Source of the DNA: Chloroflexota bacterium | Lineage (GTDB): Bacteria; Chloroflexota; Dehalococcoidia; Lucifugimonadales; UBA3495 | Direction of reading: 5' to 3' | DNA: 64,000 nt | NCBI GenBank assembly: GCA_027623675.1 | Contig: JAQBVF010000002.1 | Location: 69,711 to 133,710 of the forward strand | Shown here: in pieces, positions 32,229-40,625 of the stretch | How positions within the stretch are numbered: the first letter of the stretch is position 1 | Layout: every line of letters begins with the position of its first letter | Notes under the pieces: model-generated | Told to the model about the DNA's origin: nothing | The model's input: the letters and a program-made list of their open reading frames with translations, nothing else | Databases searched by the model: none | Program-made: the position numbers and the translations under genes

Positions 32229-32654
32229 GTGGAAATAACGATGGAACTACTCCGTGAACTGACCCAAGATGACAAGAAAACGTGGGTGATCGGCGGCAGC
32301 AAGGTGTCCAGCGAGAATAGCTCCAAGGGCATCAAAGAGCCGGAGGTCTCGGGCAAATACGTCACGATCGAAGCGGACAATTGGCATTTTCACCTGGCCC
32401 TGGACGATGTTACCGGGATCCAGTTCGTCGATTCCGAGAGCCATGGGGACATGCACTCCTACTACGTCCGGTTTTCCGGCCCGGGATACGAGGACACGTT
32501 GGTCCGCAGCTATTTCCCCAATCCCAACCTGGACGACGACGAGAAGCGGACCGAGTTCCAGCCCGAAAAACTCAAGGCGTTCGAAGAGTTCCGGGACCGG
32601 TACGTGGGCCGCGAGGGCATCGTGTTCGTGACCAGGCCCCGGCAGGCCAGTTAG
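32229..32654 (+). CDS. hypothetical protein, tightly coupled downstream of cobN
   Basis: 141 aa. GTG start 6 nt after AGGAGG and 25 nt after the cobN stop. Beta-rich His-containing core (WHFHLALDDVTGIQFV...HSYYVRFSG). I recognise no family with certainty. Confidence 0.6.
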   Translation: MEITMELLRELTQDDKKTWVIGGSKVSSENSSKGIKEPEVSGKYVTIEADNWHFHLALDDVTGIQFVDSESHGDMHSYYVRFSGPGYEDTLVRSYFPNPNLDDDEKRTEFQPEKLKAFEEFRDRYVGREGIVFVTRPRQAS

Positions 32655-32813
32655 CCGGCTTTCCCTATAATAATCTAAGATTTCCTGCGATCTCGATCTT
32701 TCAGTTTTGATCCGGAACTGGGATTGGGCCGTATAGCTATTGACCACGCTGTCCGCGAGGAATAACATCAACTGGCTTACCACGAAGCCAAAGCGCTTAA
32801 CAATCTAAAACAT

Positions 32814-32994
32814 GTCCATAGGTGGTCCCGATTATTCGGGACTGAAAAGGGAAGCCGGTGAGATACCGGCGCGGTCGCGCCACTGTAACTGGTGTCAGCC
32901 ACCCCACTAACGAATCGCCACTGACCCGATAACTCGGGATGGGAAGGCGGGGGTACTTGACCTAAGCCAGGAGCCAGGAGACCTGCCTATGGAT
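32814..32994 (+). promoter_or_regulatory. cobalamin (B12) riboswitch aptamer, copy 1
   Basis: P1 helix tccatagg / cctatgga. Conserved core is aaaagggaagccggtg...ccggcgcggtc.cgccactg, and the B12 box is agccaggagacctgcc. Confidence 0.85.
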
Positions 32995-33046
32995 TGACTT
33001 GATGCACTTCGCAATTGAGGGTGTGAGTCTTACCGATTCTCTATGA

Positions 33047-33074
33047 CCTGACTTCCGAAGTCGGGTTTTTTTTT
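33047..33074 (+). terminator. intrinsic terminator (expression platform of riboswitch 1)
   Basis: Hairpin cctgactt-ccg-aagtcggg followed by a T9 run. Lies 31 nt before the SBP start. Confidence 0.8.
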
Positions 33075-33104
33075 GCTCAAGATCAAACGTCTGGAGATTT
33101 CAAC

Positions 33105-34688
33105 ATGCACTGGCGTTCAACGGCCTTTGGGTTCATCTTTGGCACTTTGCTCCTGGCTATCTTGGCGTGTGGCGGTCCTGCCAGCGCCACGCCCACCGGT
33201 TCGGTTGTAGCCGAATCGAGCGGAGCGCCTACTGGTTCCGCAGAGCAACGCGTGTTGAAAGTAGCCCTGACTTTCCTGGACGAGCCGCCAGACCCTTATC
33301 AGACCGGTTGGCTGGCGGTCCCCACCGGTCTGGCCGAAACTTTGTTCCGATTGAGCGACGACCTTAAGCCGGAGCCTTGGCTGGCCACCGGCGCGGTACA
33401 GACCGCTCCGGAAACCTGGGAGATCACCCTGCGCGAGGGCGTCACCTTCCACAACGGCGTGTCGATGGACGCCGCCAAGGTCAAAGGCTCGCTGGACCTG
33501 GCGCTGCAACGGCGGCCCGGCACCAGGGTCCTTCTGGACATTGCCCGGACCGAGGTCAAAGACCCGTACACCGTGCTCATCACCACCAACTCGCCCAACC
33601 CGACCCTGCCCGGCCTGTTGACCAACCAGAACACGAGCATCGCCGACCCCGGCACGGTGCCGGCATCGCCGGAAGATTCGGCGGAAAGCGCTGCGATGAC
33701 CGGTCCCTACAAGCTGGTGTCCTTCAAAGCCGATCGGGAGATGATTGTCGAAGCGCACACCGGTTATTGGCAGGGCCGACCGGCGTTGGACCGGATCGAA
33801 TACGTTGCCTTTAACCAGAGCGACACCCGCCTCATCGCCCTCCAAAGCGGCGACGTCGACATATCGGTCAACCTCTCCCCACAGGGAGCGGTGACCGCCG
33901 AGAAAGATTCGTCACTGGAAGTTTTGATTGCTCCACCGTCGGGCATGCTGTTCATGTTTGTGAACCATGAAAGTCCGGCGATGCGGGACCCGCTGGTGCG
34001 CCGGGCCGTCGCCATGGCGGTGGACCGGAATGCCATGGCAACCGGCGTGGCGGACGGGCGCGCCGTCCCTGCGGAAAGCATGTTCCCGCCCGGGTTCATC
34101 TCCTGCCAGAATCCGGCTGGGTTTTCCTACAACCCGGAAGCGGCCCGTCAACTGCTTGCCGATGCCGGCTATCAGGATGAAAACGGCGACGGCATCGTGG
34201 AAAAAGACGGGAAAGCCTTGGAGTTGGTCCTACAGACCTATCCCGAGCAGCCACTCTTGCCGCCGATGCTCGAAGCATACCAATCGATGTTGAAGGACAT
34301 CGGCGTTGGCGCCAAGGTCCAAATCGTGGAATGGACCCTGGCCAGCCAGGGCGGTTACGACCTGTTCGGCTACAGCAACGGCACCATCACCACGGGCGAC
34401 CCCGGGTGGGCGCTCAACCGCCAGTTCCTGACCGGCGGCGACGAGAACCGGGGCAATTTCAGCAACGCCACGGTGGACGAACTCATCGGTAAGTTGTCCG
34501 GCGCGGCCGGTCCGGCCCAGCGGGAGCAGATCGCCTGCGAAGCCCTGAAAGCAGGGAATGATGAAGTTGCCCTGATACCGGTGATGTTCCCCAACCGGCT
34601 CTACGGGATATCGGACTCCGTCGATTGGCCGTCGGGTCCGCACGCCGTCCAACTCTACTTCATAGACTACAGAATCGGACTGAAATAG
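33105..34688 (+). CDS. ABC transporter substrate-binding lipoprotein, family 5 (NikA/DppA/OppA type); predicted cobalt/nickel uptake
   Basis: 527 aa. Signal peptide with lipobox LAILAC. SBP_bac_5-like sequence. Directly downstream of the B12 riboswitch. Confidence 0.75.
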   Translation: MHWRSTAFGFIFGTLLLAILACGGPASATPTGSVVAESSGAPTGSAEQRVLKVALTFLDEPPDPYQTGWLAVPTGLAETLFRLSDDLKPEPWLATGAVQTAPETWEITLREGVTFHNGVSMDAAKVKGSLDLALQRRPGTRVLLDIARTEVKDPYTVLITTNSPNPTLPGLLTNQNTSIADPGTVPASPEDSAESAAMTGPYKLVSFKADREMIVEAHTGYWQGRPALDRIEYVAFNQSDTRLIALQSGDVDISVNLSPQGAVTAEKDSSLEVLIAPPSGMLFMFVNHESPAMRDPLVRRAVAMAVDRNAMATGVADGRAVPAESMFPPGFISCQNPAGFSYNPEAARQLLADAGYQDENGDGIVEKDGKALELVLQTYPEQPLLPPMLEAYQSMLKDIGVGAKVQIVEWTLASQGGYDLFGYSNGTITTGDPGWALNRQFLTGGDENRGNFSNATVDELIGKLSGAAGPAQREQIACEALKAGNDEVALIPVMFPNRLYGISDSVDWPSGPHAVQLYFIDYRIGLK

Positions 34689-34689
34689 C

Positions 34690-35637
34690 TTGGGCAATCA
34701 CCTAACGCGACGCCTGATAACACTTCCATTTCTCTTGGTGGGCATCTCAATCATCAGCTTTTTGCTGTTGAATTTCGCCCCCGGCGACGCCGCGGAGATC
34801 AGGCTGCTCCGTCAGAACGGGGGCGTAGCGCCTTCCGAGGAAGCGGTGATGGAATTGCGGCAAGAATTGGGTTTAAACGACGCCCTGCCGATCCGCTATG
34901 CCAGATGGGTATCTTCCGCGGTGCGCGGCGACCTGGGTGAGTCCTACCGCACCGGTGCTTCGATCGCCTCCGAATTGACCCGGCGATTGCCAGCGACCCT
35001 CCTGCTTGCAGCCACCGCTTTAGCCTTGGCGGTGGCTGCAAGCATCCCCCTCGGCGTATTGGCGGCGGTGAGGCGGGGCTCTTGGGTGGATACCATATGC
35101 CGCATACTCGCCCTCGTAGGGGCGGCAGTGCCCAGCTACGTGATGGCGCCGGCCTTGATGCTGCTATTCGCCGTGAAGTTGGACTGGCTGCCGGCCATCG
35201 GCTACGGGTCCTTCAGCGCCCTTGTGCTGCCGGCCCTGGCGCTGTCCTTCGGAACCATGGCCCAGTTGATGCGCCTGACGCGGGCCAGCGTGCTAGAGGT
35301 GCTGGACCAAGACTATATGCGGACGGCCCGCGCGAAAGGCCTGACCGAGACGGTGGTGGTTTGGCGTCACGGCTTGAAGAACGCCCTGCTGCCGGTGGTC
35401 ACGGTCCTGGGGACCAATACGGGGTATCTTCTGGGCGGCGCCGTGATCATCGAGACCATCTTCGGCTGGCCGGGTGTCGGTCAGTTCGTCGTCACCGGAA
35501 TCTCCCAACGGGACTACCCCGTGGTACAAGGGTTCGTGCTGTACATGGCTGTGATCTTCCTGCTGGTCAACCTGGCGGTAGATATCTCATACCGCTGGCT
35601 GGACCCGAGGCTTCATTTTGGCCGGCGGCATCACTAA
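34690..35637 (+). CDS. ABC transporter permease (NikB/DppB type)
   Basis: 315 aa. Contains the EAA-loop region ...DYMRTARAKGL.E..V..RH.LKNAL.P. Confidence 0.85.
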   Translation: MGNHLTRRLITLPFLLVGISIISFLLLNFAPGDAAEIRLLRQNGGVAPSEEAVMELRQELGLNDALPIRYARWVSSAVRGDLGESYRTGASIASELTRRLPATLLLAATALALAVAASIPLGVLAAVRRGSWVDTICRILALVGAAVPSYVMAPALMLLFAVKLDWLPAIGYGSFSALVLPALALSFGTMAQLMRLTRASVLEVLDQDYMRTARAKGLTETVVVWRHGLKNALLPVVTVLGTNTGYLLGGAVIIETIFGWPGVGQFVVTGISQRDYPVVQGFVLYMAVIFLLVNLAVDISYRWLDPRLHFGRRHH

Positions 35638-35638
35638 C

Positions 35639-36607
35639 ATGAAGACTGACGCTAAGCCTGTAAGAACGCCTCTTCGCCTTCGAGAACCGGCTCTTGCCCC
35701 AAGATTGCCCCGACCTGGAGACGTCACCATACAGAACACGATCCAACAACCGGTTTCCCAGCGACGGGCTTCACGAAAGACGGTGTTCCATCACTTGCGC
35801 CACGACCCCGGAGCCGTTGCTGGTTTCGTGATCGTGGCCGCAGCTATCCTGGCGGCGCTGTTTGCCCCGTTGCTCCCCCTGCCAAGCCCGGTGGAAGTGG
35901 ACCTGCAGAACCGGTTGCTTTCTCCCTCCGGCGCTTTCCCGTTGGGCACCGACCACCTGGGCCGGGATGAGTTGAGCCGCCTGGTCTTTGGCGCACGGAC
36001 CACGTTGATGATGTCCGGCGCATCGTTGGCCATCATCATGGTCATCGCAACCGTGGTCGGTTCCCTGGCCGGCTACTACGGCGGCTGGCTCGACACCGGC
36101 TTGATGATGCTGGTGGACCTGCTGCTGGCATTTCCGGCGCTGATCCTGGGGGTGGCCGTGGCCGGTATCTTGGGGCCAAGCCTGGTCAACGTGATGATTG
36201 CCGTCTCAGTGGTCTGGTGGGCCAGCCACGCCCGAGTCATCCGCGCCATGGTCTTGTCGGCAAGGCACCGGGAATATGTTGTGGCCGCCAGGGCTATCGG
36301 GGCTAGCGACGGCCGAATCATCGTCTTCCACATCGCCCGTAACATCATGGGGCCGTTCGTCGTATTGGCGACGCTGGACATCGGCTGGATAATCTTGGGG
36401 ATAGCCGGTTTGAGTTTCCTGGGACTGGGCGCCCAGCCGCCCACGCCCGAATGGGGGGCCATGCTCAACGACTCGCGCTCGTACATGCAGACCGCGCCAT
36501 CGTTGTTGCTCGCCCCCGGAATCGCGATCTTTCTATTGGTGCTGGGCTTCAATCTTTTGGGCGACGGGCTGCGCGACATGCTTGACCCGACGACCTACCG
36601 GCTTTAG
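35639..36607 (+). CDS. ABC transporter permease (NikC/DppC type)
   Basis: ATG at 35639 lies 1 nt after the upstream stop (the track start 35618 is also possible). Contains ...REYVVAARAIGASD.RI...HI..N. Confidence 0.85.
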   Translation: MKTDAKPVRTPLRLREPALAPRLPRPGDVTIQNTIQQPVSQRRASRKTVFHHLRHDPGAVAGFVIVAAAILAALFAPLLPLPSPVEVDLQNRLLSPSGAFPLGTDHLGRDELSRLVFGARTTLMMSGASLAIIMVIATVVGSLAGYYGGWLDTGLMMLVDLLLAFPALILGVAVAGILGPSLVNVMIAVSVVWWASHARVIRAMVLSARHREYVVAARAIGASDGRIIVFHIARNIMGPFVVLATLDIGWIILGIAGLSFLGLGAQPPTPEWGAMLNDSRSYMQTAPSLLLAPGIAIFLLVLGFNLLGDGLRDMLDPTTYRL

Positions 36608-36746
36608 AGGACATAGCCGCGCCGGAGGGACGATAGATTCGGCCTGGCGTGCCGGGAATCACCTATTGACCCTATCGGTCAAAAAGGCTATTATTCTGCT
36701 CGAAGAGCAACCGAAAGATTGTCTCTTCGTTTAACAACTTAGACGA

Positions 36747-36930
36747 GCTGCTTGGTGGTCCCGTTCATTCGGGACTGAAAAGGGAAGCCGGTGCGAGTCC
36801 GGCGCGGTCCCGCCACTGTAACTGGTAACCCCCTCTCCCACCGGGAGTGGAGTCACTGTTCCGAGTAATTGGAACGGGAAGGCGAAGGGGGGGGTAGAAA
36901 AGCCAGGAGCCAGGAGACCTGCCACCAGCT
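36747..36930 (+). promoter_or_regulatory. cobalamin (B12) riboswitch aptamer, copy 2 (paralogue of copy 1)
   Basis: Same conserved core and B12 box as copy 1 (ggtggtcccg.t.attcgggactgaaaagggaagccggtg...gccactgtaactgg...agccaggagccaggagacctgcc). P1 helix tggtgg / ccacca. Confidence 0.85.
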
Positions 36931-36980
36931 TGACTTGGAAGCCTTCGTGGATTGGGGGTATGAGTCAGTATGACGATTCC

Positions 36981-37009
36981 GCCCGACTCCGCCAGTCGGG
37001 CATTTTTTA
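36981..37009 (+). terminator. intrinsic terminator (expression platform of riboswitch 2)
   Basis: Stem gcccgact / agtcgggc with a 5-nt loop, then ATTTTTTA. Confidence 0.75.
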
Positions 37010-37193
37010 TGCCCTGACCGGATGGTGGTTGGGCAAAGAACAGAAAATTGAATAGCTAGGTTGTTCGTGGCTTTAGCCTGCTCGGCTATAATCCTGGTGG
37101 AAAACTGAGTTGACCGGAGCGGCGGGTCCTTTATCCAGCCGCGGAAAAAGTCAGACATAAATTCGAGACATAGAGAAATCTGAGGGGGAAATC

Positions 37194-37391
37194 ATGGTAC
37201 AGGTGTTTCGGCAGTCCATAGCAAACAGAGAGTCTTCCCGATGGCTTCCCGCGGTGTTGGCGGCAACCGTCGCCTTGTATTTCATCGGCTACGTCGACGG
37301 CACGGCCCAGGGAGCGTTCTTGGGCGGCAACATGGCGGTTGTCCATGAGGTCTTCCACCACGCCCGCCACGTTGCCTTCATGTGCCACTAG
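37194..37391 (+). CDS. cbtB: cobalt transporter subunit CbtB
   Basis: 65 aa with one TM segment. C-terminus VHEVFHHARHVAFMCH matches the His-rich ...H..RH...F.CH signature of CbtB. RBS is GAGGGGG. Confidence 0.75.
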   Translation: MVQVFRQSIANRESSRWLPAVLAATVALYFIGYVDGTAQGAFLGGNMAVVHEVFHHARHVAFMCH

Positions 37392-37683
37392 GCTAGGAGC
37401 CCGCTCCTAGCAGGCAACTCTAAGACCCGGCTTAAGAGAAAAATACCGCAGTCTCCGCTACGGAGACTGCGGTTCTAATCAACCCGCCTCCTCCCCAGCC
37501 CCGCGCTTCAACTTAGCCGTTTCTCACCCGGCGCTGTATGGCCTCGCACTGCAGTTTCGCGTATCTCATCGCCCCCAAAACGATGTCCCGCCGCGGCTTC
37601 GCGATCCACGGACAGGGCTTCTAAACAGATTTTCTCCAAACGGACTTTCATGGACTTTCAACGCATGTCAGGGAGGGGCAATC

Positions 37684-38454
37684 ATGCCTAGAATATTGAT
37701 CATTGGGCTGGTGGCGGGCCTATTCGCCGGCCTGCTGGTGGGCGGGTTTCACAACCTGTTCACCGTGCCCGTCATCGAACGGGCCATAGATTTCGAAGAA
37801 GCACAGTCTGCATCGGCGAATCCCAATGCCCCGGAAGAAGACCCGCTGGTCTCCCTGGGGGCGCAACGGTGGGGAATGGCGGCCGGGACCGGCATCTACG
37901 GCGCCATCCTTGGCGTGGTCTTCGCCGCCGCCGTCACCGTACTCCGCAAGGTAGTCCCAGATTGGAAGCCCTTGGCCATCGCCGTCACCGCGGCCGCCTT
38001 GGGATTCTGGGCCTTGTCTTTGTTCCCGTTCATCCGGTACCCGCTGAATCCGCCCGGTGTGGGCGAGTCCGACACCCTCACCTACCGGCAGGGTCTGCAG
38101 ACCATGTTCATGATTCTGTCGGTACTAGGCGTCGGGGTATTGCTGTTTGGCCTGCGTGAGATCAACGGTCGGTTCCAAGAAACTAGCAAGCGGGTCAAAA
38201 TGTACGGCGCTGCCGGGCTGGCCTACGTTGTCTTCGCGGTAATCATGTACTTCGCCCACCCGGCCAATCCAGACCCGGTGGAGATGCCCATCGACCTCCT
38301 GGAACTGTTCCGCACGCTGACGATGGTCGGGCAATTCCTGACCTGGGCCATGATGGCCGGACTGGCAACCGCCGGCATGTATTGGTATCAACGCCGCGAT
38401 GCGAAGGCGGGCAACCGCTTCGATCCGGTGACCGGAGCGCCCGTAAGCCTGTGA
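37684..38454 (+). CDS. cbtA: cobalt transporter subunit CbtA
   Basis: 256 aa, multi-TM. The N-terminus LIIGLVAGLFAGLLVGGFHNLFTVPVIERAI.FEE resembles CbtA. Follows cbtB downstream of a B12 riboswitch. Confidence 0.7.
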   Translation: MPRILIIGLVAGLFAGLLVGGFHNLFTVPVIERAIDFEEAQSASANPNAPEEDPLVSLGAQRWGMAAGTGIYGAILGVVFAAAVTVLRKVVPDWKPLAIAVTAAALGFWALSLFPFIRYPLNPPGVGESDTLTYRQGLQTMFMILSVLGVGVLLFGLREINGRFQETSKRVKMYGAAGLAYVVFAVIMYFAHPANPDPVEMPIDLLELFRTLTMVGQFLTWAMMAGLATAGMYWYQRRDAKAGNRFDPVTGAPVSL

Positions 38455-40625
38455 CCAGATCAAGCACGACAACCACCAGTGAGAACCCCGGAAATAAAAA
38501 TCCCGGCAATAAAAACCCCGGCAATAAAAACCCCGGCGGAAACGCCGGCAGAATCCCAGAGTCCCGGTTTCCGTTCACGGCCATCGTAGGTCAAACGGCC
38601 ATGAAACGAGCGCTGCTCCTGAACGCCGTCAACCCGAAGATCGGCGGCGTTCTGGTGCGCGGCAAGAAGGGCACCGCCAAGTCCACGGCGGTCCGTTCTC
38701 TGGCTGCGCTATTGCCCGAGGTAACCGTGGTCCAGGGCTGCCCCTACAACTGCAGTCCGGAAGAACGCCAGGGGCTGTGCAACCGCTGTGAGCCGATCGA
38801 CACCGACGCCGCAACCGTCGTTCGCCAGATCCCGATCGTGGACCTGCCGGTTGGCGCGACGGAGGACAGGCTGGTGGGGTCTCTGGACATCGAGGAGGCC
38901 ATCAAAACGGGAAACCGGGTCTTTGAGCCGGGCCTCATCGCAGCGACGCACCGGGGCATTCTCTACATCGACGAAGTTAACCTGCTCAACGACCACCTGG
39001 TGGACATTCTGCTGGACGCCGCCGCCATGGGCCGCAACTATGTGGAGCGGGAGGGTATCTCGGTGACCCATCGTTCGGAGTTTATCCTGGTGGGCACGAT
39101 GAACCCGGAAGAAGGCGACCTCCGGCCCCAACTGCTGGACCGCTTCGGACTGGCGGTTGAAGTCGACGGGCGGTTCTCCCCCGAGGAACGCCAAGAGGTG
39201 GTGAAGCGCCGCATCGCCTACGAGGCCGACCCCCAGGCGTTCATGGCCCGGTGGCAGCAGCCGGAGCAGGAGGAACGGCAGCGGGTGCTGCGGAGCCAGC
39301 AGTTGCTGCCCCAGGTGGTTGTCAGCGATGACATCTTGTCCCTGATCACATCCATCTGCGCCGAATACGATATCGACGGCATGCGCGGCGATATCGTCAT
39401 GTACAAGACAGCCAGCACCATCGCCGCCTACGAGCAGCGGACGGAAGTCAACGCCGAGGACGTGCGCGAGGCCGCCAACCTGGCCCTGCTTCACCGCCAG
39501 CGCCGGCAGCCCTTCCAGCAGCCCAATCTGGAGACCAGCCAGCTCGACTCAATGGTGGACGACTTTCAGAGTCAGGACCGCCAACGCGAATCGCAAGACC
39601 AGGCCGGGGATAACGATCAAGGAGAGGGCGATTCCGAGCCCTCGGATTTAAGACCGGAAGATTTAGAGTCACCGGACCCCGAATCACCTGAGCCCCAGGA
39701 CCCCGACGCCGAACCGGACAATCCGGGATTCGGGCTGCCCCAGAATGAGCAGTTCGAAGTGGGCGACCCCTATGCGGTGCGGTCTCTCGACCTGAAGCCT
39801 CCAGACCAACGCTCCCGCCGCGCCTCGGGCCGCCGTAACGTCACCATCAGCGACTCCTCCGCCGGGCGGTACGTCCGCTCCCGCCAACCGGAGGGCAAGG
39901 CGACCGGGCTGGCCTTGGACGCCACCCTGCGCGCCGCCGCACCGCACCAACTGGGCCGCCGGTCATCGTCCCAATCAGCCAACGCCGTGCTGGTCGAGCC
40001 CCAGGATATCCGCGATAAGGTCAGGGAGAACAAGGCGGGCAGCCTGGTGCTGTTCGTGGTTGATGCCAGCGGCTCCATGGGCGCTCAGCGGCGCATGGTG
40101 GCGGTCAAGGGGGCGATCATGTCCCTCTTGCTGGACGCCTACCAGCGGCGCGACCGGGTGGGACTGATCTCATTTCGCGGGACACAGTCCAGTCTGCTGC
40201 TGCCGCCCACCAACAGCGTCGACCTGGCCCAGGTCCACCTGAAAGACATGCCCACGGGAGGCCGAACTCCGCTCAGCGCCGGTCTGTTCAAAGCGTTGGA
40301 GATCGTCGAGACGGAACGCATCAAGGACCGGGACGTCATGCCCCTGCTGGTGCTGCTGTCCGATGGCCGGGGCAACGTGGCCCAAGGCCAAGACTCGCCC
40401 TTGGACGAAGCGTCGGTGGCGGCTGGGATCATCGGCGAGGGCAAGATCCCGTCGGTGGTGGTGGACACCGAGTCCGGGTTCATCAAGCTGGGCATGATAC
40501 AGCCGATAGCCACGGCCATGGGCGCCCAATACCTGAAGCTGGAAGACCTGAGGGCCGACAACCTGGCGGAGGCGGTGCGGCTCAACATGCCCATTATCGG
40601 CGAGGCCCCGCCCCACGTTAACTAG
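38451..40625 (+). CDS. chelatase AAA+/vWA subunit, ChlD/BchD architecture (ChlI-like AAA+ module, acidic Pro-rich linker, vWA with MIDAS)
   Basis: GTG at 38451 overlaps the cbtA stop (GTGA); ATG at 38382 is also possible. Features are FPFTAIVGQ, P-loop GKKGTAKS, Walker B ILYIDEVN, LLDRF, an acidic linker, and DASGSMG at the vWA start. Confidence 0.8.
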   Translation: MTRSSTTTTSENPGNKNPGNKNPGNKNPGGNAGRIPESRFPFTAIVGQTAMKRALLLNAVNPKIGGVLVRGKKGTAKSTAVRSLAALLPEVTVVQGCPYNCSPEERQGLCNRCEPIDTDAATVVRQIPIVDLPVGATEDRLVGSLDIEEAIKTGNRVFEPGLIAATHRGILYIDEVNLLNDHLVDILLDAAAMGRNYVEREGISVTHRSEFILVGTMNPEEGDLRPQLLDRFGLAVEVDGRFSPEERQEVVKRRIAYEADPQAFMARWQQPEQEERQRVLRSQQLLPQVVVSDDILSLITSICAEYDIDGMRGDIVMYKTASTIAAYEQRTEVNAEDVREAANLALLHRQRRQPFQQPNLETSQLDSMVDDFQSQDRQRESQDQAGDNDQGEGDSEPSDLRPEDLESPDPESPEPQDPDAEPDNPGFGLPQNEQFEVGDPYAVRSLDLKPPDQRSRRASGRRNVTISDSSAGRYVRSRQPEGKATGLALDATLRAAAPHQLGRRSSSQSANAVLVEPQDIRDKVRENKAGSLVLFVVDASGSMGAQRRMVAVKGAIMSLLLDAYQRRDRVGLISFRGTQSSLLLPPTNSVDLAQVHLKDMPTGGRTPLSAGLFKALEIVETERIKDRDVMPLLVLLSDGRGNVAQGQDSPLDEASVAAGIIGEGKIPSVVVDTESGFIKLGMIQPIATAMGAQYLKLEDLRADNLAEAVRLNMPIIGEAPPHVN
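38486..38545 (+). repeat. 15-bp in-frame tandem repeat (x3 plus one degenerate unit) encoding PGNKN-PGNKN-PGNKN-PGGNA
   Basis: Units are ccccggaaataaaaa / tcccggcaataaaaa / ccccggcaataaaaa / ccccggcggaaacgc. This is an AT-rich island in GC-rich DNA. Confidence 0.9.

Noticed and set aside
38486-38545. The short tandem repeats (15-bp x3 here, 11-bp x4 at 60037, 13-bp x2 at 23939, 12-bp x2 at 50668-50691) considered as CRISPR arrays or minisatellite mobile-element ends.
   Set aside because: The units are contiguous with no spacers, far shorter than CRISPR repeats, and have no cas genes or inverted-repeat partners. They are treated as simple tandem repeats. The 12-bp pair upstream of hisB is too small to interpret.
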